DNA from: Eledone cirrhosa
Taxonomy: Eukaryota
Assembly (NCBI GenBank): GCA_964016885.1
Contig: OZ024743.1
Coordinates: forward strand, 350,734,001-350,798,000
Length of the DNA stretch: 64,000 nucleotides
Direction: 5' to 3'
In this document: positions 7,550 through 19,200 of the stretch, in pieces
Numbering within the stretch: the stretch's first letter is position 1
How the letters are laid out: the number at the start of each line of letters is the position of its first letter
Program-made: the position numbers and the translations under genes
Notes under the pieces: generated by a model
What the model was told of the DNA's origin: nothing
Database searches by the model: none
Seen by the model: only the letters and a program-made list of their open reading frames with translations

Positions 7550-9643
7550 TTACCGTACTTTTGGTAGAGGAGGGATGGTTTTTACATCCCTTTTCACTTG
7601 ATCGTCTGGTGAAGGGACCGTTGAATCGTCCCTTCGGCTGGTCGTCGGCTCTTCTAAGAGAATGTCTGAGTATACTCTTCGATTGATGGTTCCTCCTAGG
7701 TCCCTGAAATCACCAACTGCGTTGGGGAATTTCGTTTTAATATTTGTGTATTGTTTCTGTGCTATTTTTAGCAGTCTTATGTTAGTTGGCGTTTTGATTG
7801 GTGCTGGTATTATGTAGTCCTGTTGTGAAATGTCTGTGTGTTCAATTATGTAAGTCATTAGTTTCTTGTTGTGTGTATTTATTGCCGTGCATTTGTTTTT
7901 CTGGGGGTGGGGTGTGGTTCTGCTATTTTCTTGTCGTTGTTGCTGGGTGTGTGTGTTTTGTTGTTGTGTTTGCGATGTTGGTGCTTGTGGTGGTGGTGTT
8001 GAAGGTGTTGTTGGCGGTGGGGTTGTCGCCGGTGGTGATGGTGGCGCTAGTGTGGGTGGTGATGGTGTTGGTGTTGTTGCTGCTGTGGGTCTCTTTGCAG
8101 TAGACTTTACCCTTTTCTCATTTCTTTCCTCACTTTTCAAAGGCGACGATGCGCTGCTTCTGCGTTTGTGCCTTCTTACGACCTTTTGCCATCTCTCTCC
8201 CACCTCACACTCCATGTCTGATTCTGTGAGGTCGGGGAGGGGTACCAACTCCACTCTTTCACTTGTTGTTGTTGGTGATGTTTGCACTGGAGTCTCTGTT
8301 GCAGCTGCATTTGGTATTGCTGTTGTTGTTGTTAGTATTTCCACTGCTGCTGCTGTTTTTGATTTCCGTGGAGTGGGTATGGGTGCCACGGGCCTATCGT
8401 TCCTGGTTGCCGCTTGTCCTGTTGCTGGTAGCCGTGGAGCCGGATTCGGAAGGAGGGGGGTTTTCTCCTTTCTCAGGGTCTTCTCGTTGCAGAAGGCCCT
8501 GAGGTGAGTCTTCGATCCACAGCGAAAGCATTTCGGGCGTTTGCCCTCAACACTTATTGGCAGTTGAGTGCCGTTATCGAAGTCTATCACATCCGGGATA
8601 GCTTCGATGCACTCCTGGTTGGTTTGGATTAGCATCTCAATGGAGGAGCCGACCCAATCTTCTCTTACTTTTTTCTGTACTTGCAGTACAGTTGTTTTGT
8701 CCTCGATTCCGACGAGGACAGACGCGGCCAGCCAAGAAGGGGTCATTCCGGGGGGGACGTGGGTCAGTTTGACCCTCACAATTTTTTGCCCACAGTAGGA
8801 GGGCACCAACACCATTTCCTCGCTCCTTAGGGTCACTACTGATTGGGCCTTTGCCTCCTGGGGTGTGGCAAAAAGTACGTCTACGGTGGCATATTTTTTG
8901 CCTCGGGTGATGTGCGTTTTCCGCTGCCACACAGACCCCAAGGCTTTTTGTATTTGGGCCTCTGTGGCTCTTTCCACCCTACGGGATTTTGTACTTACTG
9001 TACGGTATGTGACCGTACAGTGCTCTTGGGTTTCGAAAAAATTTTTCGCTGCCTTGCAGATTGCTCGGTGTCCGTTCTTTGTCACCATCTTCTTCGCTTC
9101 CTCTAATTCCTCATTTGTTATGAGGATTGTTTCCAAATTTTTCGCAATACCTGCAAATGAGATTGGTTTTTCTCTGCTGTTGTTGTTGTCGTCAGAGCTG
9201 CTGGTACTTTTGTTGTTGCTGCAGGTACTACGACTACTGCCTCCGCCGCTGTTGCTGTGGTTGTTGTTGGTGTTGCTGCTGCTAATGCTGTTGTTGTTTA
9301 TGCTGCTGGTGATGCTGTTGCGGCTGCTACTGTTGTTTTCATTGTCACTGTTGCTGTTGTTATTACGGCTGCTACTGCTATTATTCCTGACGTCAGACGA
9401 ATGAACTGGGTTTTCGTATTTCCCGCACACCTGTTTCGTCGCTGTCGTCGTCGTCGTGGAGAAACCTTGCACGCTTTGCACGAGACTTTTCTTTTCTTTC
9501 GTCACTTGCGAAAGAGAAGGGAGGGAGAGAGACACATTTAAAGAAGGGAGGGAGAGAGACAATCTTCTCTCTGCTGTAGTGATGATTGAGGAAGAAGACG
9601 GAATGAGTGGGAGTGACGTATGAAAATTCTTTTTCGTAGCCAT
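7550..9643 (-). CDS. ORF1 of A2
   Basis: ATG at 9643 (MATKK); the ORF track starts at an upstream non-ATG codon. CCHC knuckle intact. Confidence 0.9.
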   Translation of the reverse strand: MATKKNFHTSLPLIPSSSSIITTAERRLSLSLPSLNVSLSLPSLSQVTKEKKSLVQSVQGFSTTTTTATKQVCGKYENPVHSSDVRNNSSSSRNNNSNSDNENNSSSRNSITSSINNNSISSSNTNNNHSNSGGGSSRSTCSNNKSTSSSDDNNNSREKPISFAGIAKNLETILITNEELEEAKKMVTKNGHRAICKAAKNFFETQEHCTVTYRTVSTKSRRVERATEAQIQKALGSVWQRKTHITRGKKYATVDVLFATPQEAKAQSVVTLRSEEMVLVPSYCGQKIVRVKLTHVPPGMTPSWLAASVLVGIEDKTTVLQVQKKVREDWVGSSIEMLIQTNQECIEAIPDVIDFDNGTQLPISVEGKRPKCFRCGSKTHLRAFCNEKTLRKEKTPLLPNPAPRLPATGQAATRNDRPVAPIPTPRKSKTAAAVEILTTTTAIPNAAATETPVQTSPTTTSERVELVPLPDLTESDMECEVGERWQKVVRRHKRRSSASSPLKSEERNEKRVKSTAKRPTAATTPTPSPPTLAPPSPPATTPPPTTPSTPPPQAPTSQTQQQNTHTQQQRQENSRTTPHPQKNKCTAINTHNKKLMTYIIEHTDISQQDYIIPAPIKTPTNIRLLKIAQKQYTNIKTKFPNAVGDFRDLGGTINRRVYSDILLEEPTTSRRDDSTVPSPDDQVKRDVKTIPPLPKVR

Positions 9644-9858
9644 GTTTTTTTTTTGTTTAAAATAAATATTGGGCACAAAACCCCAATAAGCGGTTATTTA
9701 ACCCCGAAGGGCTAAATAACGGGCAGAAAGACCCCTCTCACGAGGAGGAGGGTGTTTTTGTCTACAAGTTGGTTAAAGTTTTAAACAATTTACAATTGTT
9801 ATAGCGGTCAAAATTTACAATACCTTACAGAGCCGAGCCTCCGTCAACCATAGCATTC

Positions 9859-9900
<42 letters not shown>
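9859..9900. repeat. (AAT)14 junction tract
   Basis: 42 nt of pure AAT. Confidence 0.97.
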
Positions 9901-9902
<2 letters not shown>

Positions 9903-10163
9903 TTTCTTTATTAACCACAAGGGTTTACATAAAGTAGACATTAAGGACAGTGCAGGACAATGCAGGACGGTACAAATGGGCATTTCTGCGTGTAAAAAAA
10001 ACAAAAATAGAGGATGTAACAAAAATAACAATGAAAATAACAATGAAAAATTCCCCAATAGGGGGGAGACTTCGGAGGGACATTTGTGGAGAAAGCCCAG
10101 TAAAAAGCCACAATGACCCTGACCACCAAGGCAAGTGCCCTCTCCCAGTTTTCCACCTTTAGT

Positions 10164-13100
10164 TTACAGATATATACTCAGAGTCGGCCCATTCACTCGG
10201 GCCATTCTTGCTTCTCTCACCCATCTTTCAACAAAATGCTGGGAAGAGAGCACTTCCTTCTCTACTCTGATTTTCCTTTTCAAATGAAATTTGAAAAAGT
10301 CAATCAGAGCATCACCGAAGAGGTAAGTGCTCGTCTTCAGCCCTTTCAAACGTGTCCACCATACTATCTCTTTCGCCATGGCCACCAGACAGATAAAAAC
10401 TGCCTGCCCTTCCCGGCTAAAGGAGGAGGGCGGGGCAATCCTCACGATAGACTCAGATGATAGCTGGATCCGTCCTAAACGCGACAGCAGGTGTTCGACA
10501 TAAACCCACAAGTCAGCAATTTTCGGACACTGGACGAGTGCGTGCAGGACGGTTTCGTCGCCCTGCGCGCATCTCGGACATGCCCGGCTGACGGCACCTC
10601 CATGCCTGTAGAGTTTATCCCGAACTGGCAAGGCTCCTCGGTAGCACTGCCAGGCCAGAGATTTCTGGAAGTTGTCCATAGGCCCTGGCCCGAAAGTTCT
10701 TCCGAAGAGATTGGCTAGTTGATTTTCGTCGACGCCTAGAGTTTCCCCAAGTACGTCGTCGCTCTTCCCCTCCACTAATCCTCTATAGAACGCCGAGGTG
10801 GAGTTTCCACCGATCACATTGCCCGATTGGTCGAGGGCTGTGAGCGCCTGAAGACATTCCAGTCTCCAGGCGCTCCCTCTCGGTCTTCGCTTGACCCAGG
10901 ACTGCAGCTCCGTCAAGGAAACGAGCTGGGGAAAAACGCGTCTAGCAAACGGCGACCACACCTGATCACCGTCGAGGAAGAGGTGGAGATGTCGTAGCCT
11001 GAGCGCGTGCCTGCGCATCATCAGCCACGGCATGCCCAGCCCTCCACGTAGCGGGTGTTGACAACAGATGGACCGCCTGACCATCGGAGCACGTCCCTTC
11101 CACAAAAAGCGAAAGAGCAAACGCTCCAGCGCAGTCAGGCGAGGCTTAGGACAAGGTACGACGGTTAGGCGGTAGCAGATGACAGACGCGATGTACGCGT
11201 TAGCCACCTCCGCTCGACCTTTCAGGGATAGCTTCCTCTCCGCCCATTTCTGGGTGAGAGAAGCCACCCTGCTCGTCACCTCGTCCCAGTTTTTGTCCGT
11301 CTGGAGGTCCGGACCGAACCAGACCCCTAGCAATTTAACCGGTCCGTCCGTCCAGCGCCCGACGACGCTGTTGGACGGCATGGACCTGCCTCTCCAGGTG
11401 CCGAGCTGCAGGCCCACTGACTTTTCCTGGTTGATCATTGCTCCTGTCACCGCTTCGTATTCTCTTAGTGTAGTGCCGATCGCCTCGATGTGTTTGGCGT
11501 TCGACACCACTACGGTGACATCGTCCGCATATGCTGACACGGATCTTCCGCATCCTAGTTCGCGCGGGACTCCCCTCAACGTCTCCAGTTTGTGCAGTAA
11601 TGGCTCGAGAGTCAATACGTACAAGAGGGACGAGAGGGGACATCCTTGGCGGACCGAGCGCATGATGTTGAACGGTTCCGACAGGTGACCGTTCACTCTC
11701 ACCACAGAGCAGATGTCGCTGTGCATGGCAGCGATCCAGCCTCTGAAGACGGGCCCAAAGCCAGCCGCCCTCAGGACTGCCGCTAGGTAACGATGGTCGA
11801 CCCTATCGAAAGCTTTCGACTGATCTAAATTGATCAAGGACCCACCCGTGCCAGGTTCCCTAGCTACCCTCTCTACGATGTATCGCATGAGGTGGAGGTT
11901 GTCGTGGATGGATCTGTCGGGAATGGCGCATGTCTGCGCCTCTCCCACCAGACCACCAACGACAAGCGCCAACCTCTTTGCTAGCACCTTGGCCAAAATC
12001 TTAAACTCTGTGTTTAGCAGAGTTATGGGCCGGAAATTGTCTATGTTATCCCCCTTGTTCGGATCCTTTCTCAGCAGTGCCACCGCTCCTCGGCTCACAG
12101 AACTGGGAATTCTCCCGTTCTGTTGCCAGTTGCAGTAGACGTCCGCCAAGAGGCCTCCGAACAAGTCTGGCATCTGTACGTAAAGTTCATAGGGCAGACC
12201 ATCCAAACCAGGCGATTTACCCCTTGTGCAGCCAGTCATTGCCTCCCTTACTTCAGCGGCTGTTATCGGCTTTTCGCAACACTTCGCCTCAGTGGCCGAG
12301 AGCCGCGGCAGTCCGTCGAGGTAGACACTAAAGTCCATCCCTCTACCCGGCCCCCCGCTGCCCCCGAACAGCTGAGCGAAGTGTCGCTGAAAAGCTTCAC
12401 ACATTTGCCCGGGATCGAGTAGCATGCGCCCGTCGTGGTCCACCAAAGACCGGATCGTGGCTTTGTTGCCACGACGCGCCTCCGCCACTCGGGCCCATTG
12501 AACGGCTTTCGTCCCCTCGTGTCTGAGAGCACGCACCCTAGCTCTGACAACGCAGCCTTCGTGCTTTGCATTGAAGAATTGGTCAAGGGCCAATTTCGCC
12601 GCAAGCACGTCGGTCGCAATGCCTTTGCTAAGCGCCTCGTCTAATTTTCTAACTAGTTCTCCCTCTGCTCTATTTTTCTCTATTGCTAAAGCCTTACTAA
12701 ACCTAATCGATTCTATTCTAATCGCTCTTTTCAGAGCAAACCACCACTTGTTGTTGACGATGGCCCCCGTCAACGCCCGCTTAACTAGTTCGCTAATCCG
12801 GTCTCTGTAGGCCTTGCGCGCTGGTAAGGACGCGTTTAGCTTCCAGTAGCCGGGTCCTCGTCTATGAAGCCTATCTAAGTCAAGCACACAGATCACGAAT
12901 TTGTGGTCCGTGTAGCTGACTATCTTGAATTGTGGACAGCCTATGCTAGACCTATCTATTTCCCTACAAAATACTCTATCTAGATATGATCTGGATGACC
13001 CTATGCGGTTTGTCCAAGTCCACATTGGCACATTCGGGAAATCCAATCGGTACCTGTCAGACAGTTCAAAACGCCTGAGCAGGTTGGTGAGGCTCTTGCA

Positions 13101-13583
13101 CCCTCCACCCCTATCCGCTAATCCCACACAGTCCCAGCGTGCATCTAAGATCCCGTTCCAGTCGCCCACTAACACTAAAGAGCGCGACGTTCCAAGAAAG
13201 GTCTCCAGACGCCGGAAGAAATCAGGCCGCCCTGCTCCTGTCGGGGCATAGACGGCCACTAGCCTGAAAGCTTGCCCGTCTCCGCTGGTCACGTCCAGCA
13301 CCACCAGCTTACCCTCTGGGTCCAGGAAGATGGCCCGTATGGCGAGATCCAAACCTCTCCGAAAAAGCACAGCAACTCCTCCACCCGATCCAGGACGGCT
13401 GGGAGATGCGTACACATCGTAGCCGCCGAAGATCGGTGCGAAGGCCCGTGCTTCGGAGATTCTGGTCTCGCTGATGGCCACTACATCTATGTTTAGTGAC
13501 CTGAGGTCGTTGAGCAGGTGACCCTGCTTCCATGACGACCCCAAGCCACGCGCATTTATGCTGCCTATTCTGAGTGAGGTCAT
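10164..13583 (-). CDS. ORF2 of A3 (EN-RT-zf)
   Basis: 1139 aa, uninterrupted. Confidence 0.97.
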   Translation of the reverse strand: MTSLRIGSINARGLGSSWKQGHLLNDLRSLNIDVVAISETRISEARAFAPIFGGYDVYASPSRPGSGGGVAVLFRRGLDLAIRAIFLDPEGKLVVLDVTSGDGQAFRLVAVYAPTGAGRPDFFRRLETFLGTSRSLVLVGDWNGILDARWDCVGLADRGGGCKSLTNLLRRFELSDRYRLDFPNVPMWTWTNRIGSSRSYLDRVFCREIDRSSIGCPQFKIVSYTDHKFVICVLDLDRLHRRGPGYWKLNASLPARKAYRDRISELVKRALTGAIVNNKWWFALKRAIRIESIRFSKALAIEKNRAEGELVRKLDEALSKGIATDVLAAKLALDQFFNAKHEGCVVRARVRALRHEGTKAVQWARVAEARRGNKATIRSLVDHDGRMLLDPGQMCEAFQRHFAQLFGGSGGPGRGMDFSVYLDGLPRLSATEAKCCEKPITAAEVREAMTGCTRGKSPGLDGLPYELYVQMPDLFGGLLADVYCNWQQNGRIPSSVSRGAVALLRKDPNKGDNIDNFRPITLLNTEFKILAKVLAKRLALVVGGLVGEAQTCAIPDRSIHDNLHLMRYIVERVAREPGTGGSLINLDQSKAFDRVDHRYLAAVLRAAGFGPVFRGWIAAMHSDICSVVRVNGHLSEPFNIMRSVRQGCPLSSLLYVLTLEPLLHKLETLRGVPRELGCGRSVSAYADDVTVVVSNAKHIEAIGTTLREYEAVTGAMINQEKSVGLQLGTWRGRSMPSNSVVGRWTDGPVKLLGVWFGPDLQTDKNWDEVTSRVASLTQKWAERKLSLKGRAEVANAYIASVICYRLTVVPCPKPRLTALERLLFRFLWKGRAPMVRRSICCQHPLRGGLGMPWLMMRRHALRLRHLHLFLDGDQVWSPFARRVFPQLVSLTELQSWVKRRPRGSAWRLECLQALTALDQSGNVIGGNSTSAFYRGLVEGKSDDVLGETLGVDENQLANLFGRTFGPGPMDNFQKSLAWQCYRGALPVRDKLYRHGGAVSRACPRCAQGDETVLHALVQCPKIADLWVYVEHLLSRLGRIQLSSESIVRIAPPSSFSREGQAVFICLVAMAKEIVWWTRLKGLKTSTYLFGDALIDFFKFHLKRKIRVEKEVLSSQHFVERWVREARMARVNGPTLSIYL

Positions 13584-13618
13584 GTTTAAAATAGAGTGGA
13601 AAAGATGGGAAAGACCAC

Positions 13619-15715
13619 TTACCGTATTTTTGGTAGAGGAGGGATGGTTTTTACATCCCTTTTCACTTGATCGTCTGGTGAAGGGACCGTTGAATCGTCC
13701 CTTCGGCTGGTCGTCGGCTCTTCTAAGAGAATGTCTGAATATACTCTTCGATTAATGGTTCCTCCTAGGTCCCTGAAATCACCAACTGCGTTGGGGAATT
13801 TCGTTTTAATGTTTGTGTATTGTTTCTGTGCTATTTTTAGCAGTCTTATGTTAGTTGGCGTTTTGATTGGTGCTGGTATTATGTAGTCCTGTTGTGAAAT
13901 GTCTGTGTGTTCAATTATGTAAGTCATTAGTTTCTTGTTGTGTGTGTTTATTGCCGTGCATTTGTTTTTCTGGGGGTGGGGTGTGGTTCTGCTATTTTCT
14001 TGTCGTTGTTGCTGGGTGTGTGTGTTTTGTTGTTGTGTTTGCGATGTTGGTGCTTGTGGTGTTGAAGGTGTTGTTGGCGGTGGGGTTGTCGCCGGTGGTG
14101 ATGGTGGTGCTGGTGTGGGTGGTGATGGTGTTGGTGGTGTTGCTGCTGTGGGTCTCTTTGCAGTAGACTTTACCCTTTTCTCATTTCTTTCCTCCCTTTT
14201 CAAAGGCGACGATGCGCTGCTTCTGCGTTTGTGCCTTCTTGAGACCTTTTGCCATCCCTCTCCCACCTCACACTCCATGTCTGATTCTGTAAGGTCGGGG
14301 AGGGGTACCAGCTCCACTCTTTCACTTGTTGTTGTTGGTGATGTTTGCACTGGAGTCTCTGTTGCAGCTGCATTTGGTATTGCTGTTGTTGTTGTTAATA
14401 TTTCCACTGCTGCTGCTGTCTTTGATTTCCGTGGAGTGGGTATGGGTGCCACGGACCTATCGTTCCTGGTTGCCGCTTGTCCTGTTGCTGGTAGCCGTGG
14501 AACCGGATTCGGGAGGAGGGGGGTTTTCTCCTTTCTCAGGGTCTTCTCGTTGCAGAAGGCCCTGAGGTGAGTCTTCGATCCACAGCGAAAGCATTTCGGG
14601 CGTTTGCCCTCAACACTTATGGGCAGTTGAGTGCCGTTATCGAAGTCTATCACATCCGGGATAGCTTCGATGCACTCCTGGTTGGTTTGGATTAGCATCT
14701 CAATGGAGGAGCCGACCCAATCTTCTCTTACTTTTTTCTGTACTTGCAGTACAGTTGTTTTGTCCTCGATTCCGACGAGGACAGACGCGGCCAGCCAAGA
14801 AGGGGTCATTCCGGGGGGGACGTGGGTCAGTTTGACCCTCACAATTTTTTGCCCGCAGTAGGAGGGCACCAACACCATTTCCTCGCTCCTTAGGGTCACT
14901 ACTGATTGGGCCTTTGCCTCCTGGGGTGTGGCAAAAAGTACGTCTACGGTGGCGTATTTTTTGCCTCGGGTGATGTGCGTTTTCCTCTGCCACACAGACC
15001 CCAAGGCTTTTTGTATTTGGGCCTCTGTGGCTCTTTCCACCCTACGGGATTTTGTACTTACTGTACGGTACGTGACCGTACAGTGCTCTTGGGTTTCGAA
15101 AAAATTTTTTTTTTTCGCTGCCTTGCAGATTGCTCGGTGTCCGTTCTTTGTCACCATCTTCTTCGCTTCCTCTAATTCCTCATTTGTTATGAGGATTGTT
15201 TCCAGGTTTTTCGCAATACCTGCAAATGAGATTGGTTTTTCTCTGCTGTTGTTGTTGTCGTCAGAGCTGCTGGTACTTTTGTTGTTGCTGCAGGTACTAC
15301 GACTACTGCCTCCGCCGCTGTTGCTGTGGTTGTTGTTGGTGTTGCTGCTGCTAATGCTGTTGTTGTTTATGCTGCTGGTGATGCTGTTGCGGCTGCTACT
15401 GTTGTTTTCATTGTCACTGTTGCTGTTGTTATTACGGCTGCTACTGCTATTATTCCTGACGTCAGACGAATGAACTGGGTTTTCGTATTTCCCGCACACC
15501 TGTTTCGTCTCTGTCGTCGTCGTCGTGGAGAAACCTTGCACGCTTTGCACGAGACTTTTCTTTTCTTTCGTCGCTTGCGAAAGAGAAGGGAGGGAGAGAG
15601 ACACATTTAAAGAAGGGAGGGAGAGAGACAATCTTCTCTCTGCTGTAGTGATGATTGAGGAAGAAGAAGACGGAATGAGTGGGAGTGACGTATGAAATTT
15701 CTTTTTGGTAGCCAT
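13619..15715 (-). CDS. ORF1 of A3
   Basis: ATG at 15715; intact. Confidence 0.9.
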   Translation of the reverse strand: MATKKKFHTSLPLIPSSSSSIITTAERRLSLSLPSLNVSLSLPSLSQATKEKKSLVQSVQGFSTTTTTETKQVCGKYENPVHSSDVRNNSSSSRNNNSNSDNENNSSSRNSITSSINNNSISSSNTNNNHSNSGGGSSRSTCSNNKSTSSSDDNNNSREKPISFAGIAKNLETILITNEELEEAKKMVTKNGHRAICKAAKKKNFFETQEHCTVTYRTVSTKSRRVERATEAQIQKALGSVWQRKTHITRGKKYATVDVLFATPQEAKAQSVVTLRSEEMVLVPSYCGQKIVRVKLTHVPPGMTPSWLAASVLVGIEDKTTVLQVQKKVREDWVGSSIEMLIQTNQECIEAIPDVIDFDNGTQLPISVEGKRPKCFRCGSKTHLRAFCNEKTLRKEKTPLLPNPVPRLPATGQAATRNDRSVAPIPTPRKSKTAAAVEILTTTTAIPNAAATETPVQTSPTTTSERVELVPLPDLTESDMECEVGEGWQKVSRRHKRRSSASSPLKREERNEKRVKSTAKRPTAATPPTPSPPTPAPPSPPATTPPPTTPSTPQAPTSQTQQQNTHTQQQRQENSRTTPHPQKNKCTAINTHNKKLMTYIIEHTDISQQDYIIPAPIKTPTNIRLLKIAQKQYTNIKTKFPNAVGDFRDLGGTINRRVYSDILLEEPTTSRRDDSTVPSPDDQVKRDVKTIPPLPKIR

Positions 15716-15928
15716 GTTTTTTTGTTTAAAATGAAATTTTGGGTACAAAACCCCAATAACTGGTTATTTAACCCCGAAGGGCCAAATAACGGACAGAAAG
15801 ACCCCTCTCACGAGGAGGAGGGTGTCTTTATCAACAATTTGGTTCAAGTTTTAAACAATTTACAATTGTTTTAACGGTTAAAAATTACTATACCTTACAG
15901 AGCCGAGCCTCCGTCAACCATGGCATTC

Positions 15929-15949
15929 AATAATAATAATAATAATAAT
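15929..15949. repeat. (AAT)7 junction tract
   Basis: 21 nt of pure AAT. Confidence 0.97.
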
Positions 15950-16211
15950 GATTTCTTTATTAACCACAAGGGTTTACATAAAGTAGACATTAAGGACAGT
16001 GCAGGACAATGCAGGACGGTACAAATGGGCATTTCTGCGTGTAAAAAAACAAAAACAGAGGATGTAACAAAAATAACAATGAAAATAACAATGAAAAATT
16101 CCCCAATAGGGGGGAGACTTCGGAGGGACATTTGTGGAGAAAGCCCAGTAAAAAGCCACAATGACCCTGACCACCAAGGCAAGTGCCCTCTCCCAGTTTT
16201 CCACCTTTAGT

Positions 16212-19200
16212 TTACAGATATATACTCAGAGTCGGCCCATTCACTCGGGCCATTCTTGCTTCTCTCACCCATCTTTCAACAAAATGCTGGGAAGAGAGCA
16301 CTTCCCTCTCTACTCTGATTTTCCTTTTCAAATGAAATTTGAAAAAGTCAATCAGAGCATCACCGAAGAGGTAAGTGCTCGTCTTCAGCCCTTTCAAACG
16401 TGTCCACCATACTATCTCTTTCGCCATGGCCACCAGACAGATAAAAACTGCCTGCCCTTCCCGGCTAAAGGAGGAGGGCGGGGCAATCCTCACGATGGAC
16501 TCAGATGATAGCTGGATCCGTCCTAAACGCGACAGCAGGTGTTCGACATAAACCCACAAGTCAGCAATTTTCGGACACTGGACGAGTGCGTGCAGGACGG
16601 TTTCGTCGCCCTGCGCGCATCTCGGACATGCCCGGCTGACGGCACCTCCATGCCTGTAGAGTTTATCCCGAACTGGCAAGGCTCCTCGGTAGCACTGCCA
16701 GGCCAGAGATTTCTGGAAGTTGTCCATAGGCCCTGGCCCGAAAGTTCTTCCGAAGAGATTGGCTAGTTGATTTTCGTCGACGCCTAGAGTTTCCCCAAGT
16801 ACGTCGTCGCTCTTCCCCTCCACTAATCCTCTATAGAACGCCGAGGTGGAGTTTCCACCGATCACATTGCCCGATTGGTCGAGGGCTGTGAGCGCCTGAA
16901 GACATTCCAGTCTCCAGGCGCTCCCTCTCGGTCTTCGCTTGACCCAGGACTGCAGCTCCGTCAAGGAAACGAGCTGGGGAAAAACGCGTCTAGCAAACGG
17001 CGACCACACCTGATCACCGTCGAGGAAGAGGTGGAGATGTCGTAGCCTGAGCGCGTGCCTGCGCATCATCAGCCACGGCATGCCCAGCCCTCCACGTAGC
17101 GGGTGTTGACAACAGATGGACCGCCTGACCATCGGAGCACGTCCCTTCCACAAAAAGCGAAAGAGCAAACGCTCCAGCGCAGTCAGGCGAGGCTTCGGAC
17201 AAGGTACGACGGTTAGGCGGTAGCAGATGACAGACGCGATGTACGCGTTAGCCACCTCCGCTCGACCTTTCAGGGATAGCTTCCTCTCCGCCCATTTCTG
17301 GGTGAGAGAAGCCACCCTGCTCGTCACCTCGTCCCAGTTTTTGTCCGTCTGGAGGTCCGGACCGAACCAGACCCCTAGCAATTTAACCGGTCCGTCCGTC
17401 CAGCGCCCGACGACGCTGTTGGACGGCATGGACCTGCCTCTCCAGGTGCCGAGCTGCAGGCCCACTGACTTTTCCTGGTTGATCATTGCTCCTGTCACCG
17501 CTTCGTATTCTCTTAGTGTAGTGCCGATCGCCTCGATGTGTTTGGCGTTCGACACCACTACGGTGACATCGTCCGCATATGCTGACACGGATCTTCCGCA
17601 TCCTAGTTCGCGCGGGACTCCCCTCAACGTCTCCAGTTTGTGCAGTAATGGCTCGAGAGTCAATACGTACAAGAGGGACGAGAGGGGACATCCTTGGCGG
17701 ACCGAGCGCATGATGTTGAACGGTTCCGACAGGTGACCGTTCACTCTCACCACAGAGCAGATGTCGCTGTGCATGGCAGCGATCCAGCCTCTGAAGACGG
17801 GCCCAAAGCCAGCCGCCCTCAGGACTGCCGCTAGGTAACGATGGTCGACCCTATCGAAAGCTTTCGACTGATCTAAATTGATCAAGGACCCACCCGTGCC
17901 AGGTTCCCTAGCTACCCTCTCTACGATGTATCGCATGAGGTGGAGGTTGTCGTGGATGGATCTGTCGGGAATGGCGCATGTCTGCGCCTCTCCCACCAGA
18001 CCACCAACGACAAGCGCCAACCTCTTTGCTAGCACCTTGGCCAAAATCTTAAACTCTGTGTTTAGCAGAGTTATGGGCCGGAAATTGTCTATGTTATCCC
18101 CCTTGTTCGGATCCTTTCTCAGCAGTGCCACCGCTCCTCGGCTCACAGAACTGGGAATTCTCCCGTTCTGTTGCCAGTTGCAGTAGACGTCCGCCAAGAG
18201 GCCTCCGAACAAGTCTGGCATCTGTACGTAAAGTTCATAGGGCAGACCATCCAAACCAGGCGATTTACCCCTTGTGCAGCCAGTCATTGCCTCCCGTACT
18301 TCAGCGGCTGTTATCGGCTTTTCGCAACACCTCGCCTCAGTGGCCGAGAGCCGCGGCAGCCCGTCGAGGTAGACACTAAAGTCCATCCCTCTACCCGGCC
18401 CCCCGCTGCCCCCGAACAGCTGAGCGAAGTGTCGCTGAAAAGCTTCACACATTTGCCCGGGATCGAGTAGCATGCGCCCGTCGTGGTCCACCAAAGACCG
18501 GATCGTGGCTTTGTTGCCACGACGCGCCTCCGCCACTCGGGCCCATTGAACGGCTTTCGTCCCCTCGTGTCTGAGAGCACGCACCCTAGCTCTGACAACG
18601 CAGCCTTCGTGCTTTGCATTGAAGAATTGGTCAAGGGCCAATTTCGCCGCAAGCACGTCGGTCGCAATGCCTTTGCTAAGCGCCTCGTCTAATTTTCTAA
18701 CTAGTTCTCCCTCTGCTCTATTTTTCTCTATTGCTAAAGCCTTACTAAACCTAATCGATTCTATTCTAATCGCTCTTTTCAGAGCAAACCACCACTTGTT
18801 GTTGACGATGGCCCCCGTCAACGCCCGCTTAACTAGTTCGCTAATCCGGTCTCTGTAGGCCTTGCGCGCTGGTAAGGACGCGTTTAGCTTCCAGTAGCCG
18901 GGTCCTCGTCTATGAAGCCTATCTAAGTCAAGCACACAGGTCACGAATTTGTGGTCCGTGTAGCTGACTATCTTGAATTGTGGACAGCCTATGCTAGACC
19001 TATCTATTTCCCTACAAAATACTCTATCTAGATATGATCTGGATGACCCTATGCGGTTTGTCCAAGTCCACATTGGCACATTCGGGAAATCCAATCGGTA
19101 CCTGTCAGACAGTTCAAAACGCCTGAGCAGGTTGGTGAGGCTCTTGCACCCTCCACCCCTATCCGCTAATCCCACACAGTCCCAGCGTGCATCTAAGATC

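Larger units (their letters stand above)
3832..9858 (-). mobile_element. Tx1-clade LINE family A, full-length copy A2
   Basis: 5'UTR, ORF1, 35-nt spacer, ORF2 and 3'UTR ending AATAAAGAAATC(ATT)n. Confidence 0.96.
9901..15928 (-). mobile_element. Tx1-clade LINE family A, full-length copy A3
   Basis: Same organisation as A2. Confidence 0.96.

Noticed and set aside
9644-9676. N-terminal extensions of ORF1 in the ORF track (MPNIYF/MYPKFH)
   Set aside because: They start at GTG/TTG within a UTR hairpin and the extension is out of frame in A1. The conserved start is AAC-ATG-GCT.
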